Sequence record: KX397373.1
Length of the DNA: 64,000 nucleotides
Direction: 5' to 3' (one strand)
In this document: piece after piece, positions 18,899 to 28,615 of the stretch
Numbering within the stretch: the first letter of the stretch is position 1
Layout of the letters: the number at the start of each line of letters is the position of its first letter
Translations under genes and position numbers: made by a program
Notes under the pieces: generated by a model
Told to the model about the DNA's origin: nothing
The model's database searches: none
The model's input: only the letters and a program-made list of their open reading frames with translations

Positions 18899-18938
18899 AA
18901 GCGCTTATTATAGAGTAGCTCTATAGTGAGGTTAGCAT

Positions 18939-19247
18939 ATGGTCAAGTTGATTGTGATAAACCTGGACTTTGATCGCAGTGTCAGATTCCGCTTTGAATT
19001 ACCCGACACGAAAGCCACGGAAGCGTTCTTAGTCCACTTTCGCAAGTCAAAGACTACCATTAATCATGGGCGTCGCTGGATTATCTATTATAACGCCCGT
19101 GAGACGCTCTTACAGGCGATTCGTGTAGGAAAGCTTACCGATGTATTGGAAAAGCTCAAAGCCTTTGAGAATGACACTCTGGCGATTGGTATCATGATTG
19201 ACGAGCCAGCGAACAAACCCAAAGAGCCGACACTTGATGACGAATAA
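18939..19247 (+). CDS. Hypothetical protein
   Basis: 102 aa, GAGG RBS. Confidence 0.7.
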   Translation: MVKLIVINLDFDRSVRFRFELPDTKATEAFLVHFRKSKTTINHGRRWIIYYNARETLLQAIRVGKLTDVLEKLKAFENDTLAIGIMIDEPANKPKEPTLDDE

Positions 19248-19295
19248 AAAAAGAATACCTACTCCCGAAGGAGTAGGTAGCCTTTATTTTTTTTT
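19244..19295. terminator. Bidirectional terminator (UUCG loop on the minus strand, after the portal gene)
   Basis: A tract + ACCTACTCC-CGAA-GGAGTAGGT + T tract between convergent genes. Confidence 0.85.
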
Positions 19296-19298
19296 GCC

Positions 19299-22040
19299 TT
19301 AGAGCGGAATGTCGTCGTCGTTTTGATCGTCGGTATTCGCGTCATCGGTATTGGCATTGTCGTCCGTGTTAGCGTTGTCATCCAACAGGGTGTCGTTATC
19401 GCTACCGTCACCGTTGTTATCGTCATCTAACCCGGTATCCGTACCGTCACCGTCCATGTTCAGATCGTCATCACCGCCGAGACCGCCATCATCTCCACCG
19501 GTGTTGTTGTCATCGAAACCACCACCCCCGCCGAAGTCACCCGCACCCGCAGCATTCTCATCGAGGTCAGCGGCTTTCGCCAGCGTTTCGATTTTACCCG
19601 TAACACGCTTCGCCAGCTGGATAAGGGTTTTGCTTCCGGCCGCCACTTCATCCGAAATCGACTTGACGTTATCTGCACGCTTCTCATCGTCGTAGATAAG
19701 GTCAAAGAAGTCATTCTCAATCCCTTGCTTACGCAGCCAGTTACGGGCGTAGTAGGTTTTAAGCATGGTCTTCAGGTCGTCTGGTGAAATACCGATACCT
19801 TCGTTCTGCAAGCTGTTGGACATGTCATCCGTCACAACCAGGTCAGCCAGCTTCTCGAAGAACTCCATACGTTTATCAAACAGATCCATTTGCGAAGAAG
19901 CCGCAGAGGTGTCCGGTGGTGGCAAGGTTACTTTCATGCCGTTGATAAACTTCGCCAGAATCTCAGAGGTCTGTTTGGTCAAACCATCTGTGGTGATACC
20001 TGGGTCTGTGGTCTTCAGGTGCTCTACAATGATTTTCAGCAACGCTGATTGCAATGCAGGGGACGCCTGAATGGAGTTGGTCACGTACCGGGTCAGTGGG
20101 GTGGATAAGATTTCCTGCTTCTTGGTAATCTGCTGAGTAACCAACAGGGACTTCGAGAAAATCTGCGAGGCGAACTCGAGGTTTTCTGGAGTCAACACCA
20201 GGTCAGGGTCAACACCGGCGATGTGACAGGTACGACGCAGTAACGTTTCATCAAACTCCGCATCCGGGGCTTTATACTCCGGGGTGGTGTCTGACTGGGT
20301 AATTTTGTGACTCGCGTAGTAGTCATTACCGGTAACGTTAAAGGCCAAGCCTGCGTTCGAGGCCATTGACCAGATGTCATTCATGTCCCCCCACTGCGGC
20401 ATCCTGCGGTTGTAGGAGTTGATGATGTCAGACTTCGCCTGGTCAACCGTTTTCTGACCGTTCATGTCGTCCGGTGACAGTTCAATGTCGAACTGCATGT
20501 GACGAGCCGAGTTCAGAATCGCGGTGTTCATGGTGGCAAACAGCAACGCCATACGCACAGACGAGATAATGAAAGAACGCTCAGTAATCGACACACCGAT
20601 ACCGTCTTCATCGAAGTCGGTCGCGAAGTAGCACAGGTTGCCCGCAGGAATGTAGATAACCTGCGTGTGACGTTTCGCCAGATGACGGGCTAACATGATA
20701 CGACCAAACGTTTCGGTCACAGTCATGCTCAACTCAGCCCCACCCAACGCATCACCCAGTGCTTTGGTCAGCTGGTCTTCGGCAATCTCACCGTAACGGG
20801 CAGTCAGACGGGCAGCAATATCGGGCGTAACCCGACTGCTATTACCCATGCCGATGTTTGCACGGTTGATGATACTGTCGTTCATCCCGTCGTTGTTCAG
20901 GTAGTTCATAAAGTTCGCATCGCCATACAGCGAAGAACGCGAGTTAATGAAGTTACCCATTTCATCAACGATAGCCAAATAGCCAATCGGATTTCGGACA
21001 TCATCACCGATAACCAGTGGTAATGTCGATTCCGCAGGCAGCAGGCGTTCGATGTATTCGATTTTGTTCGGGTCAGCCATGGAGATGGTTGGGACTTCCC
21101 CGTACATCTTGACCTGTGGCGTTTCCTTATATGCTTCGTTCAAATCCCCCAGGTTGACCAAGCCCTGTTTGGCAGCTTGTTCATCACGGTCTTTAAACGC
21201 GTCTGCATCGTACTGAGAACCACCCGACGGTGTGCTCGGCTGTTCATATGCGTACTGCTCTAACTGACCGTACAGCTGCGTACGTGCGTTCTCTTGCGCG
21301 ACGCGCTCGTAGGCCAGAGGTAGCATCATGATGCGGGGGTTATCGGTCAGTGTCAGGTCGAGTTTGAAATCGCTCGAGAAGCACTTATCGCCTTTACCGA
21401 AGTCCAGCGTAAAGGTTTGGGGTTTTGGACGACGGGCTTCCCCACGGGCGCGACCCAGGATACTTTCTACCCCGACCTTTGGTGCTTTCTCAGGATTGAC
21501 ATCACCGAGAATACCCAGCTGTGCTTCAAAGAAGTCCGCTTGCGATTTCTTGGTGGACTCTTGTGCCACACTCGGCTTTAAGCCAAAGAGTTCGTCAAAG
21601 CCGGTGTCTGACAGAATCATCACCGGTGAGGCACCTTTGGATTTCAGCGCATCGTACATCCACTGGTACAGTTTCTTCGGCAGGTCGCGTGCTTTGTCGT
21701 GGAACTCACGTACCGGTTCCAACATTGCCACCCGTAAATCAATCGGGATATCCGCAGTGTTGTCGTAAATCAGTGTCGTGTTAATCAAATCTTTTGTGGA
21801 CAGGAGTGATGACGTCGCAATGGTGACGATTATCTCCAGTTCCGGTAACGCATCGAAAATACGCTCAGCATTTTTGACTGTGCGGATGCGCGAACTCGCT
21901 ATCCCGGTGAGTTCTGACCGGGTGGGTGTTACACCGCCTTCTTCACGCTTACCACGCTCTTGCGAGGCAGAGGGGCCTGTGCTTTTACGCAAGACCGCTG
22001 AAATGGCGGGGTCGCCCGTTAATTTACTATAATCGTCCAT
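19299..22040 (-). CDS. Portal protein precursor (phiKZ gp129/SPN3US gp81-like)
   Basis: 913 aa on the minus strand. A-Q-E sites at residues 159-161 and 248-250; acidic D/N/G C-terminal tail. Size, orientation and synteny fit the phiKZ-like portal. Confidence 0.75.
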   Translation of the reverse strand: MDDYSKLTGDPAISAVLRKSTGPSASQERGKREEGGVTPTRSELTGIASSRIRTVKNAERIFDALPELEIIVTIATSSLLSTKDLINTTLIYDNTADIPIDLRVAMLEPVREFHDKARDLPKKLYQWMYDALKSKGASPVMILSDTGFDELFGLKPSVAQESTKKSQADFFEAQLGILGDVNPEKAPKVGVESILGRARGEARRPKPQTFTLDFGKGDKCFSSDFKLDLTLTDNPRIMMLPLAYERVAQENARTQLYGQLEQYAYEQPSTPSGGSQYDADAFKDRDEQAAKQGLVNLGDLNEAYKETPQVKMYGEVPTISMADPNKIEYIERLLPAESTLPLVIGDDVRNPIGYLAIVDEMGNFINSRSSLYGDANFMNYLNNDGMNDSIINRANIGMGNSSRVTPDIAARLTARYGEIAEDQLTKALGDALGGAELSMTVTETFGRIMLARHLAKRHTQVIYIPAGNLCYFATDFDEDGIGVSITERSFIISSVRMALLFATMNTAILNSARHMQFDIELSPDDMNGQKTVDQAKSDIINSYNRRMPQWGDMNDIWSMASNAGLAFNVTGNDYYASHKITQSDTTPEYKAPDAEFDETLLRRTCHIAGVDPDLVLTPENLEFASQIFSKSLLVTQQITKKQEILSTPLTRYVTNSIQASPALQSALLKIIVEHLKTTDPGITTDGLTKQTSEILAKFINGMKVTLPPPDTSAASSQMDLFDKRMEFFEKLADLVVTDDMSNSLQNEGIGISPDDLKTMLKTYYARNWLRKQGIENDFFDLIYDDEKRADNVKSISDEVAAGSKTLIQLAKRVTGKIETLAKAADLDENAAGAGDFGGGGGFDDNNTGGDDGGLGGDDDLNMDGDGTDTGLDDDNNGDGSDNDTLLDDNANTDDNANTDDANTDDQNDDDIPL

Positions 22041-22051
22041 TGGGGTCTCCG

Positions 22052-24241
22052 ATGCAGAGATTTAACATATTTCGAGATCAGGCCATCGCCCTCGCCAAAT
22101 CCTTGATTATCAAATCGGATTCGATTGCGAAGCAGATGAACCTGGCAATTACAGAGAGTGGCGGATACGTTTCCGATAACCGCGCAACGTGGCGTTACTA
22201 CCAGCACTTGGCCGGGCAACGTCATGCCATTGATAAACCGATTTATATCACGTCGTTAGACAGCGCTAACAACGAGCAGATAGAACTCACGACAGCGAAC
22301 CTGTCTCGTCATAAAAAGACCTCTAACGTTTACCGATCGAACCCCGAGTACATCGACCAGTTGATTCTCAACAATCTCGAATACGCGGTGTATATCCGTG
22401 GGGTGTTCTGGCCGGTGGATTTGGCCTACGCATTGCGCGTAGACGACTGTTCTATTCTGTATTACGACTCCGCGTTAGTGGAGTCCCAGGAGACGTCGTT
22501 AATTCCGTCTCTGGAAGCCCGTATCCGAGCACTGCATGTGCGGTACATGGCAGAAGGGTGGAAAGTCCATAACGATGCGTTCGTGCTGGCGTTCTATTCG
22601 ATTCTGTTCCCGAACCTGCCGGGTATCATTATCTACCTGCGCGGGACAATGCAGCACACCACAGAAACGCACAGCTACTACGTCACGGAATTCCTGGCCT
22701 CTCACCAGGAGCTGCATGAGTTTATGCCGTACCTGACGCAGAAGCAGAAGTTTATTCTGTACCGCAACATCCGTTACTGGGAACGCAACTCAGGTAAAGA
22801 AGAAATCTTTAGCTGGCAGATTGACGCGCTCTTGACCGGATGGGGGATGCCAGCGGTGGGCTATAAAGTGGGTCAACAGATTCACGACCCGACCACCGGC
22901 AGTGACGATGACCTGTCACCGTTACCGATTGGCTACCAACAGTCACTCAACTACACCGAGAAAGATTCTGGGCGTGATTTAGACCTGGTTACCACCACGG
23001 ACATCATCCAGAAAGAAGTTGGGTTGGCCTATAACAACGCGGTATACGAACCGGAATACCAAACGGCACTTGATACCCGACTGTCGTTAACCCAGTACCC
23101 GAACCTGCCAACGAAACTTGTTGAGGTCACGGCCGTTGACCCCGAAGCTATCGAACGATTTGAATTCATTCATAACCTCTTTAATGAATGGGTGCATTTG
23201 GTGGCCGAAGGGAAATACAACATCTACCACGAAATCCTTAACCCGACCAACGGGGATACTTTAAAGCTGTCATCAAAAGAACTGCTCGCACTGTTCTTGT
23301 ATGCCAGCTATAAAGGTTACTCGGATGTTGCACTGGAAACCATCCCGGTGTTCAACGTATTTGGGGTGTTGATTAAACGCTGGGTACCGTTCACGGAAAT
23401 GGAGCAGCACCTTATCCCGAGCTGGGATAAACGCTTTGACGCCCTGATTAACTACTATACCGACACCCACACTGAGGTGATTGGCAGCGTAGGCTCTGCG
23501 GATGAACTCTATGATAACATCACGGAGATTATCACCCAGAAGCGTCGCCGGTGGCGTTACGGTAAGAACCGTCGCAAGTTAAAAGACCGTGCAGCGGGCG
23601 AGATGTTGTTTGCGTACCATTACCGTGACTACAAATGCGACCTGAAAATGTCGTATACCAGCTACGACCAGTTTTTCAAAACCTTCGGGTTTGATTACAC
23701 ACTGGTTTCAGCTGAGACGTGGCAGGATATCGCAACCGATGCGTTGAACGTTGCCACCAACATGGAAACCCGTGCGACTATCTCGCAGTCAGAGATTCAA
23801 CGGGCCATGGTGCGGTTGATGACGAAACTTTCTTCGTATACGGTTCACTTCGCTGCCCGTATGGGGTCTGATTCCTACGATGTGATGGACCCATTGTGTC
23901 CGATGCTGGATGATATCCCCGCCAGTGGTGAAGGTACTGTTGATATCGTGGAGCCGTTGTTGGGTATCCAGCGTGTCAGTCGTAACCAGTTCATGACCAC
24001 CGACACCGTTTTACCGGCCGCGCCGGTTATTAAATCGTTGGCAATTCCCCAACGCATCAAGCTTCGGATGAACGTTTACATGGGTATCCGTGTGAAAGTC
24101 AACCAAGAGGTGGTGGTCGATGTTAACCAACCGTCCGTGGATGTGATTCGCGTCCGGACGTCGTCTGATGAGTGGTCATTGAGCGAACGTGTGCCGCAAG
24201 GCGTGCTCGATGGTTTCCACCTCGACCAATTACCAAAGTGA
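22052..24241 (+). CDS. Conserved virion structural protein (possibly baseplate)
   Basis: Start moved to the ATG at 22052 (MQRFNIFRDQAIALAKSL) because the track start overlaps the portal gene. Confidence 0.6.
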   Translation: MQRFNIFRDQAIALAKSLIIKSDSIAKQMNLAITESGGYVSDNRATWRYYQHLAGQRHAIDKPIYITSLDSANNEQIELTTANLSRHKKTSNVYRSNPEYIDQLILNNLEYAVYIRGVFWPVDLAYALRVDDCSILYYDSALVESQETSLIPSLEARIRALHVRYMAEGWKVHNDAFVLAFYSILFPNLPGIIIYLRGTMQHTTETHSYYVTEFLASHQELHEFMPYLTQKQKFILYRNIRYWERNSGKEEIFSWQIDALLTGWGMPAVGYKVGQQIHDPTTGSDDDLSPLPIGYQQSLNYTEKDSGRDLDLVTTTDIIQKEVGLAYNNAVYEPEYQTALDTRLSLTQYPNLPTKLVEVTAVDPEAIERFEFIHNLFNEWVHLVAEGKYNIYHEILNPTNGDTLKLSSKELLALFLYASYKGYSDVALETIPVFNVFGVLIKRWVPFTEMEQHLIPSWDKRFDALINYYTDTHTEVIGSVGSADELYDNITEIITQKRRRWRYGKNRRKLKDRAAGEMLFAYHYRDYKCDLKMSYTSYDQFFKTFGFDYTLVSAETWQDIATDALNVATNMETRATISQSEIQRAMVRLMTKLSSYTVHFAARMGSDSYDVMDPLCPMLDDIPASGEGTVDIVEPLLGIQRVSRNQFMTTDTVLPAAPVIKSLAIPQRIKLRMNVYMGIRVKVNQEVVVDVNQPSVDVIRVRTSSDEWSLSERVPQGVLDGFHLDQLPK

Positions 24242-24248
24242 GAGGCTT

Positions 24249-24770
24249 ATGGGATACCGTATTGATTTGACCAAACCCCCCAAGCAGATTCTGGTTGACC
24301 GTTTTAACTACGTGTTCGGTCTATCCTATACTGCGGACAATTACGACTTCCACCCGGCAGGTGCTCAGCCCCTGACCAAAGAGGAAGTCCGTAAGAAAGG
24401 GGTCGAGTCTAAAGTTGCGGCGCGCTTTAAGAACGGCATTACCGGTCACCGTGAGTTTTACTTAACCCGTGCAGACTTGTCCAAGTTCCTTGTCGGGATT
24501 GAAGTGGAGGTGCCGAAGGGTGCGGTAGAGTGGAGTCATGAACTCGCTCCCTACGTCATCGACCAGATTGGCTTAGACCTTGAGAAGTATGACATCATGG
24601 TTGAGCCAATCACCGATGATATGGAAACGTATCAAGCTCGGCTGATGCCAAATCACCTGTCTTTTAAAGGCACCATCACTATTGTATTTGTCGACCCGAC
24701 ACCACGCTTGCTGGCGAACCTCGTCACGAAGCGGGCCTTGGATGGGTTCCTCTATGGAGTATTTCTATAA
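24249..24770 (+). CDS. Virion protein, distant member of the paralog family at 57.5-64 kb
   Basis: GAGG RBS; KQILVDRFN...YLTRADL...LDGFLY pattern parallels the array members. Confidence 0.55.
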   Translation: MGYRIDLTKPPKQILVDRFNYVFGLSYTADNYDFHPAGAQPLTKEEVRKKGVESKVAARFKNGITGHREFYLTRADLSKFLVGIEVEVPKGAVEWSHELAPYVIDQIGLDLEKYDIMVEPITDDMETYQARLMPNHLSFKGTITIVFVDPTPRLLANLVTKRALDGFLYGVFL

Positions 24771-25657
24771 TGGCTAACACCAAAGTTTACGATGGTAAAC
24801 TCTCGACGGTGACGTTAAACGCAATGCGTCTGGCCACTGCGCTTATCATGGGTTGTGATGTTCAGTATCCGCAGAAGTCTACGCTGAACGAATATTACAA
24901 GCTCCAGACGGCAAAGCTGCCTGACGGCACCGAACGCCCTCACCTCCAGTACCTGTCTATCGGTAACCGTGGCCACATGGTTGACCAGTCGGATGTGGTG
25001 GCAGACGTGGTGCCGGTGGCGAAGACGCCGATTACTTCTGGGATGTTCTCCCGTGTGCCATTGGTGCTGCGTACGTTGGACAATGACTTGTCTGATGAAC
25101 AGCGCAAGCAATACGCCTTCCGTAACCGTGAAACCATCAACGGTCGCGAATACTGGGCCTATTACCTGAAACGCATTGACATGCGTGCGGTGAAAACGAC
25201 CGACCTCGACATCACCCGTGAAAACGGTGTGGAGAAAATCGAAGACTTCGTGTACACCGATGCAGAGCTGAACCCGGTACCGAAAGAGCTGCCGGATTAC
25301 GATTACGACGATGACGGCACCGTGGAAATCCCGGACGGCCGTTACGTGGAATCGGGCGCTGACCTGGTGATTCCATGGACTGAATTCGATGTCCAGGAAT
25401 ACATGAACGTCACCAGTATCATGCGCGGCTCCCCACGCAGTTCTATCATCTCTGAGATTGCCTTAAGCTCCGGTATTGATACCGTGGCCACCGGTAAATC
25501 TGCAACAGGTTCAGATTTCAGCTACGATGAAGCCATCGGCGTGCAAGCGCTGTACTACATTTCGCTGTTCACTAACCTGGCACAAACCAACGATCGTCTG
25601 TCGCTGACTATCCGTGTAGGCCAGCCTGCACCGTTCTTCTTGGGGACTGCATCTTAA
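24770..25657 (+). CDS. Conserved phiKZ-like virion structural protein
   Basis: 295 aa; YLSIGNRGH and PLVLRTLDNDL...YAFR...YYLKRID motifs recognisable from phiKZ-family virion proteins. Confidence 0.65.
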   Translation: MANTKVYDGKLSTVTLNAMRLATALIMGCDVQYPQKSTLNEYYKLQTAKLPDGTERPHLQYLSIGNRGHMVDQSDVVADVVPVAKTPITSGMFSRVPLVLRTLDNDLSDEQRKQYAFRNRETINGREYWAYYLKRIDMRAVKTTDLDITRENGVEKIEDFVYTDAELNPVPKELPDYDYDDDGTVEIPDGRYVESGADLVIPWTEFDVQEYMNVTSIMRGSPRSSIISEIALSSGIDTVATGKSATGSDFSYDEAIGVQALYYISLFTNLAQTNDRLSLTIRVGQPAPFFLGTAS

Positions 25658-26310
25658 TGCTAATCCCTGAGCCGAGATTCCCCGACAGAATGATCAGGAT
25701 AGGTGCAGTTGACCCCGGTACCTCCCATCTTGGGATGGCGGTACTTGACTGGGAATACGGCGCTGACATCGCTGAAGTTGTTTGGGCAGACACGGCTCAC
25801 GTCACGAACTCGGCCAACTACTCTTCTTTCGCGGAAGTGGTTGGCAATCGTGACGAACGGTTAGTGGAGTTAGAGGAACGCTATCGTGAGTTCTTGCGAA
25901 TTGCGCGCCCTACCTTCCACTGTACCGAAACGCCATTCATGCGTCGGTCGATGTTATCGGCGTACGAATCTGGGGTGGAATTGCAGTTAATGCTGCGTCG
26001 GACACTCTGGGAAGTCTACCCAGAAAAAATCCTCCATGGGTTCAACCCCATTATTGTGAAATCATACGTCGGTGTCGAAGCCAAGGGAACGGACAAGTCG
26101 CACATGCAAGCGGCTGTCTGTAAACTGTACGCAGACCACACTCTCGTTGATTTATCGACGCTGGATGAACACAGCATCGATGCCGTGGCGGTGGGTAACA
26201 TCTTCGTCAGGGTCAACTTACTAAACTTAAATAGCCTGCTCCCACCGCGTGTCAAAGCGCCGAAAGGTGCAACAGGCAAACGGCGGCGAAGTCGGCGTCG
26301 GAGGAAATAG
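25657..26310 (+). CDS. ruvC: RuvC-like Holliday junction resolvase
   Basis: AVDPGTSHLG catalytic Asp motif, ETPF Glu, P..VK..V.G motif and DEH.IDAVAVG. Confidence 0.85.
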   Translation: MLIPEPRFPDRMIRIGAVDPGTSHLGMAVLDWEYGADIAEVVWADTAHVTNSANYSSFAEVVGNRDERLVELEERYREFLRIARPTFHCTETPFMRRSMLSAYESGVELQLMLRRTLWEVYPEKILHGFNPIIVKSYVGVEAKGTDKSHMQAAVCKLYADHTLVDLSTLDEHSIDAVAVGNIFVRVNLLNLNSLLPPRVKAPKGATGKRRRSRRRRK

Positions 26311-26312
26311 CG

Positions 26313-26891
26313 ATGTCGCAGTCTTTGCAGGAAGCCTCCACCGCAGTGCTGGACGTTCTCATTCAAGCGGGCACCAATAAGCTCAGTAAAGATGAAGCGG
26401 ACAAACTGACGGCGGCTGCTACAACGGCACTCGGTGCCGGTGCCATTATCGATGTGACCAAACCCGCGAACATCATTCTCGCTACCTTACGTCCGGTGTT
26501 GCTCGACAGCATTGGCAAGATGGCTGAGGGTTTTGAAAACCGTGCGGTGGTCTCGGTTGAGGGGCTGGGTGATGAGATGGGTAAGGAAACGATGCTCACC
26601 TTGTGGCCTAAGCTTGGCGGTGCGCAACGGATGTTAATCATCATGTTAGCACTGACCACTGTAGTTGTTTCTGGTTTCCTGGCGTACGACACCCACTTGC
26701 ATTACCCGGATGACATTACCGACGTATTGCTCGTGAGTCTGCTCCCCCTTTTCGCTTTGTTTGTGTTCGCAACCTGGCCTATCAAGACCCTGGCGTACAA
26801 ATCGCTGGAAGTCGCGACCCGTGTTGTAGAAGCAAAACTTCAAAAAGGTTCGCAACAGTCGAAGCCTACCACGACTACACCTACTAAGTAA
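26313..26891 (+). CDS. Membrane protein with 2 TM segments
   Basis: Hydrophobic LIIMLALTTVVVSGFLAY and VLLVSLLPLFALFVFATW segments. Confidence 0.7.
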   Translation: MSQSLQEASTAVLDVLIQAGTNKLSKDEADKLTAAATTALGAGAIIDVTKPANIILATLRPVLLDSIGKMAEGFENRAVVSVEGLGDEMGKETMLTLWPKLGGAQRMLIIMLALTTVVVSGFLAYDTHLHYPDDITDVLLVSLLPLFALFVFATWPIKTLAYKSLEVATRVVEAKLQKGSQQSKPTTTTPTK

Positions 26892-26897
26892 TTAAGC

Positions 26898-26931
26898 ACT
26901 CCTACCTTCGGGTGGGAGTCTTTCTTTTTTT
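26898..26931 (+). terminator. Intrinsic terminator
   Basis: ACTCCTACC-TTCG-GGTGGGAGT followed by a T tract. Confidence 0.85.
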
Positions 26932-26982
26932 AATTACAATTTTAGCGGTTAATGTGATAAGTCTTACCGAAGGATAATAACC

Positions 26983-27639
26983 ATGAACCTAGCGTTTCGC
27001 CGACGTTCCCTGCTTCTCCCGGTTACGGCACTCTTGAGCAGCATCAATAACCTCTCCCGTGTCCGCTTTACTCCCGAGGACAGGAAGAACCTGGTGTTGG
27101 CGGCTATCTACGAGTATCTCGGCTATGCCCACGGTACCGTCCCGCTTGACCGCATTATCGATACGCCGTACCACGAAGGCCGTTTTGGTCACGCCGTAAT
27201 GGCGGTGTTGAATCGCCAGCACGTAAAAACCGCGGGCTTAGAAGTCGAACTGAATTCACTGCACGCCAAAGTCTTCCAGCAGCTGCACGAGCTGTTATTC
27301 AATTATGGTATGCTGACCAATGATGTCGTTGACAAACGCGACAACGGCGTGCCGGGGTGTTTTGACCACGGTTACACGTTAAAGCTGGTCTCACCGAAAG
27401 GCAAGACCGGTCGCAGCAACGGCGCTTGGGTATTGGTGGAGTGGGTTCGTCCCACCCTCGATATGGAGGAGATGTCAGTTAACACATTTTTCCTCCGCAT
27501 TGCCAAACATCTTGCTACACGAAAACAGCCACTCGATTACTGGTTAGTGGTGTTTCGAACTACCCGTCTGGAAGCCTTTCTCCAGATAGCGAACTTCGAC
27601 ATTCTGCTGACGGTACTCCGGGCAGCTGGGAGAAAGTAA
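26983..27639 (+). CDS. Hypothetical protein
   Basis: 218 aa, AAGGA RBS. Confidence 0.7.
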   Translation: MNLAFRRRSLLLPVTALLSSINNLSRVRFTPEDRKNLVLAAIYEYLGYAHGTVPLDRIIDTPYHEGRFGHAVMAVLNRQHVKTAGLEVELNSLHAKVFQQLHELLFNYGMLTNDVVDKRDNGVPGCFDHGYTLKLVSPKGKTGRSNGAWVLVEWVRPTLDMEEMSVNTFFLRIAKHLATRKQPLDYWLVVFRTTRLEAFLQIANFDILLTVLRAAGRK

Positions 27640-27640
27640 C

Positions 27641-28120
27641 ATGCACCAGATTGACGTTTCATTAGACAAAATCTCCGAGAAGAACTTTCCCGGACTCAAA
27701 GCCTACCTCACCGACTTAAACTCTATCCGGGATGAACCGGTACGAGTCACGATGGCGGTTGAAGACGATATCGTTCATGGTGCAATGGTGTGGGAACCGG
27801 GCAACTTGATTTACGTGGTAGTCAGCGAACACTCCCGCCGCCAAGGTGTGGCGTCGTTCCTGTTGAAGTACCTTATGCAGAACTCAGACCGTAAGCACGT
27901 CGCCTGCCGAGTCCACCCGGCAAACATCGGCGGGCTGGGATTCTTTTCTGCCCGAGGCTTCCAAATCGACCGTTGGTATATCGCGCAGGATAGCAAACGC
28001 TATTTTCGTATGACGAACAGTTATAACGTTGCGTCGTACACGCCACCGGAAGAAGGCCACTTGGCTGAGTTTATCGACAACACTCCAATCTTTCTCTCGG
28101 TAGCGAATAGCGTCTACTAA
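27641..28120 (+). CDS. GNAT acetyltransferase (RimI-like)
   Basis: V.VSEHSRRQGVASFLL acetyl-CoA motif A and N...LGFFSARGF motif B. Confidence 0.85.
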   Translation: MHQIDVSLDKISEKNFPGLKAYLTDLNSIRDEPVRVTMAVEDDIVHGAMVWEPGNLIYVVVSEHSRRQGVASFLLKYLMQNSDRKHVACRVHPANIGGLGFFSARGFQIDRWYIAQDSKRYFRMTNSYNVASYTPPEEGHLAEFIDNTPIFLSVANSVY

Positions 28121-28136
28121 CAGCGAGAGCAGCACC

Positions 28137-28613
28137 ATGTTACGTGTTGTGTATGAAACACGGAGTCTGGATGATATCCAGTCAAAAACAATACGCTGTG
28201 TAGAACGGGTGGCCGAACACGAACTGGATATTACGTCTGGTAAGTTGCGCGGCACACCTGTGGATATTCTTCAATACAGTGTTTGTAATACTTTTAAAGC
28301 AAAGACTACACCCGCAATACGGTCCAGTAAAAGAAAAAGCTTTGCCGACTTAAAGCATCGGTTACAACGACACTTTCGTCGGAGTTCTTGGAAAGCCCTC
28401 GTTGAAATGGTTGTGGATGATTTCATCAAGGAACTGGAGTGGGAAGAAGTCCTCAAGGAAGCTGGCTATCCAACAAAGCCTTTTTCGTACCACTGGCATC
28501 ACTTCAAAAAACAGTACCATGACGCCCTACGCTGGTCACCGAACACTCGGAACATGATACAGCGCCTGGAAACCATGGACTGGCTACAGAGCTATTTAGA
28601 AGAGGATGCGTAA
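28137..28613 (+). CDS. Hypothetical protein
   Basis: 158 aa within the operon. Confidence 0.65.
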   Translation: MLRVVYETRSLDDIQSKTIRCVERVAEHELDITSGKLRGTPVDILQYSVCNTFKAKTTPAIRSSKRKSFADLKHRLQRHFRRSSWKALVEMVVDDFIKELEWEEVLKEAGYPTKPFSYHWHHFKKQYHDALRWSPNTRNMIQRLETMDWLQSYLEEDA

Positions 28614-28615
28614 AG

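Noticed and set aside
21926-22051. Upstream-extended ORF-track starts (e.g. 10402, 10992, 21926, 24189, 29688, 41915, 47576, 50059, 52773, 57439, 61799)
   Set aside because: Most extensions overlap neighbouring genes, promoters or terminators and lack RBSs; downstream ATGs with better RBS or coupling context were used instead.
26313-26891. Holin assignment for the 2-TM protein after ruvC
   Set aside because: No endolysin or spanin nearby and a long soluble N-domain; topology alone is insufficient.
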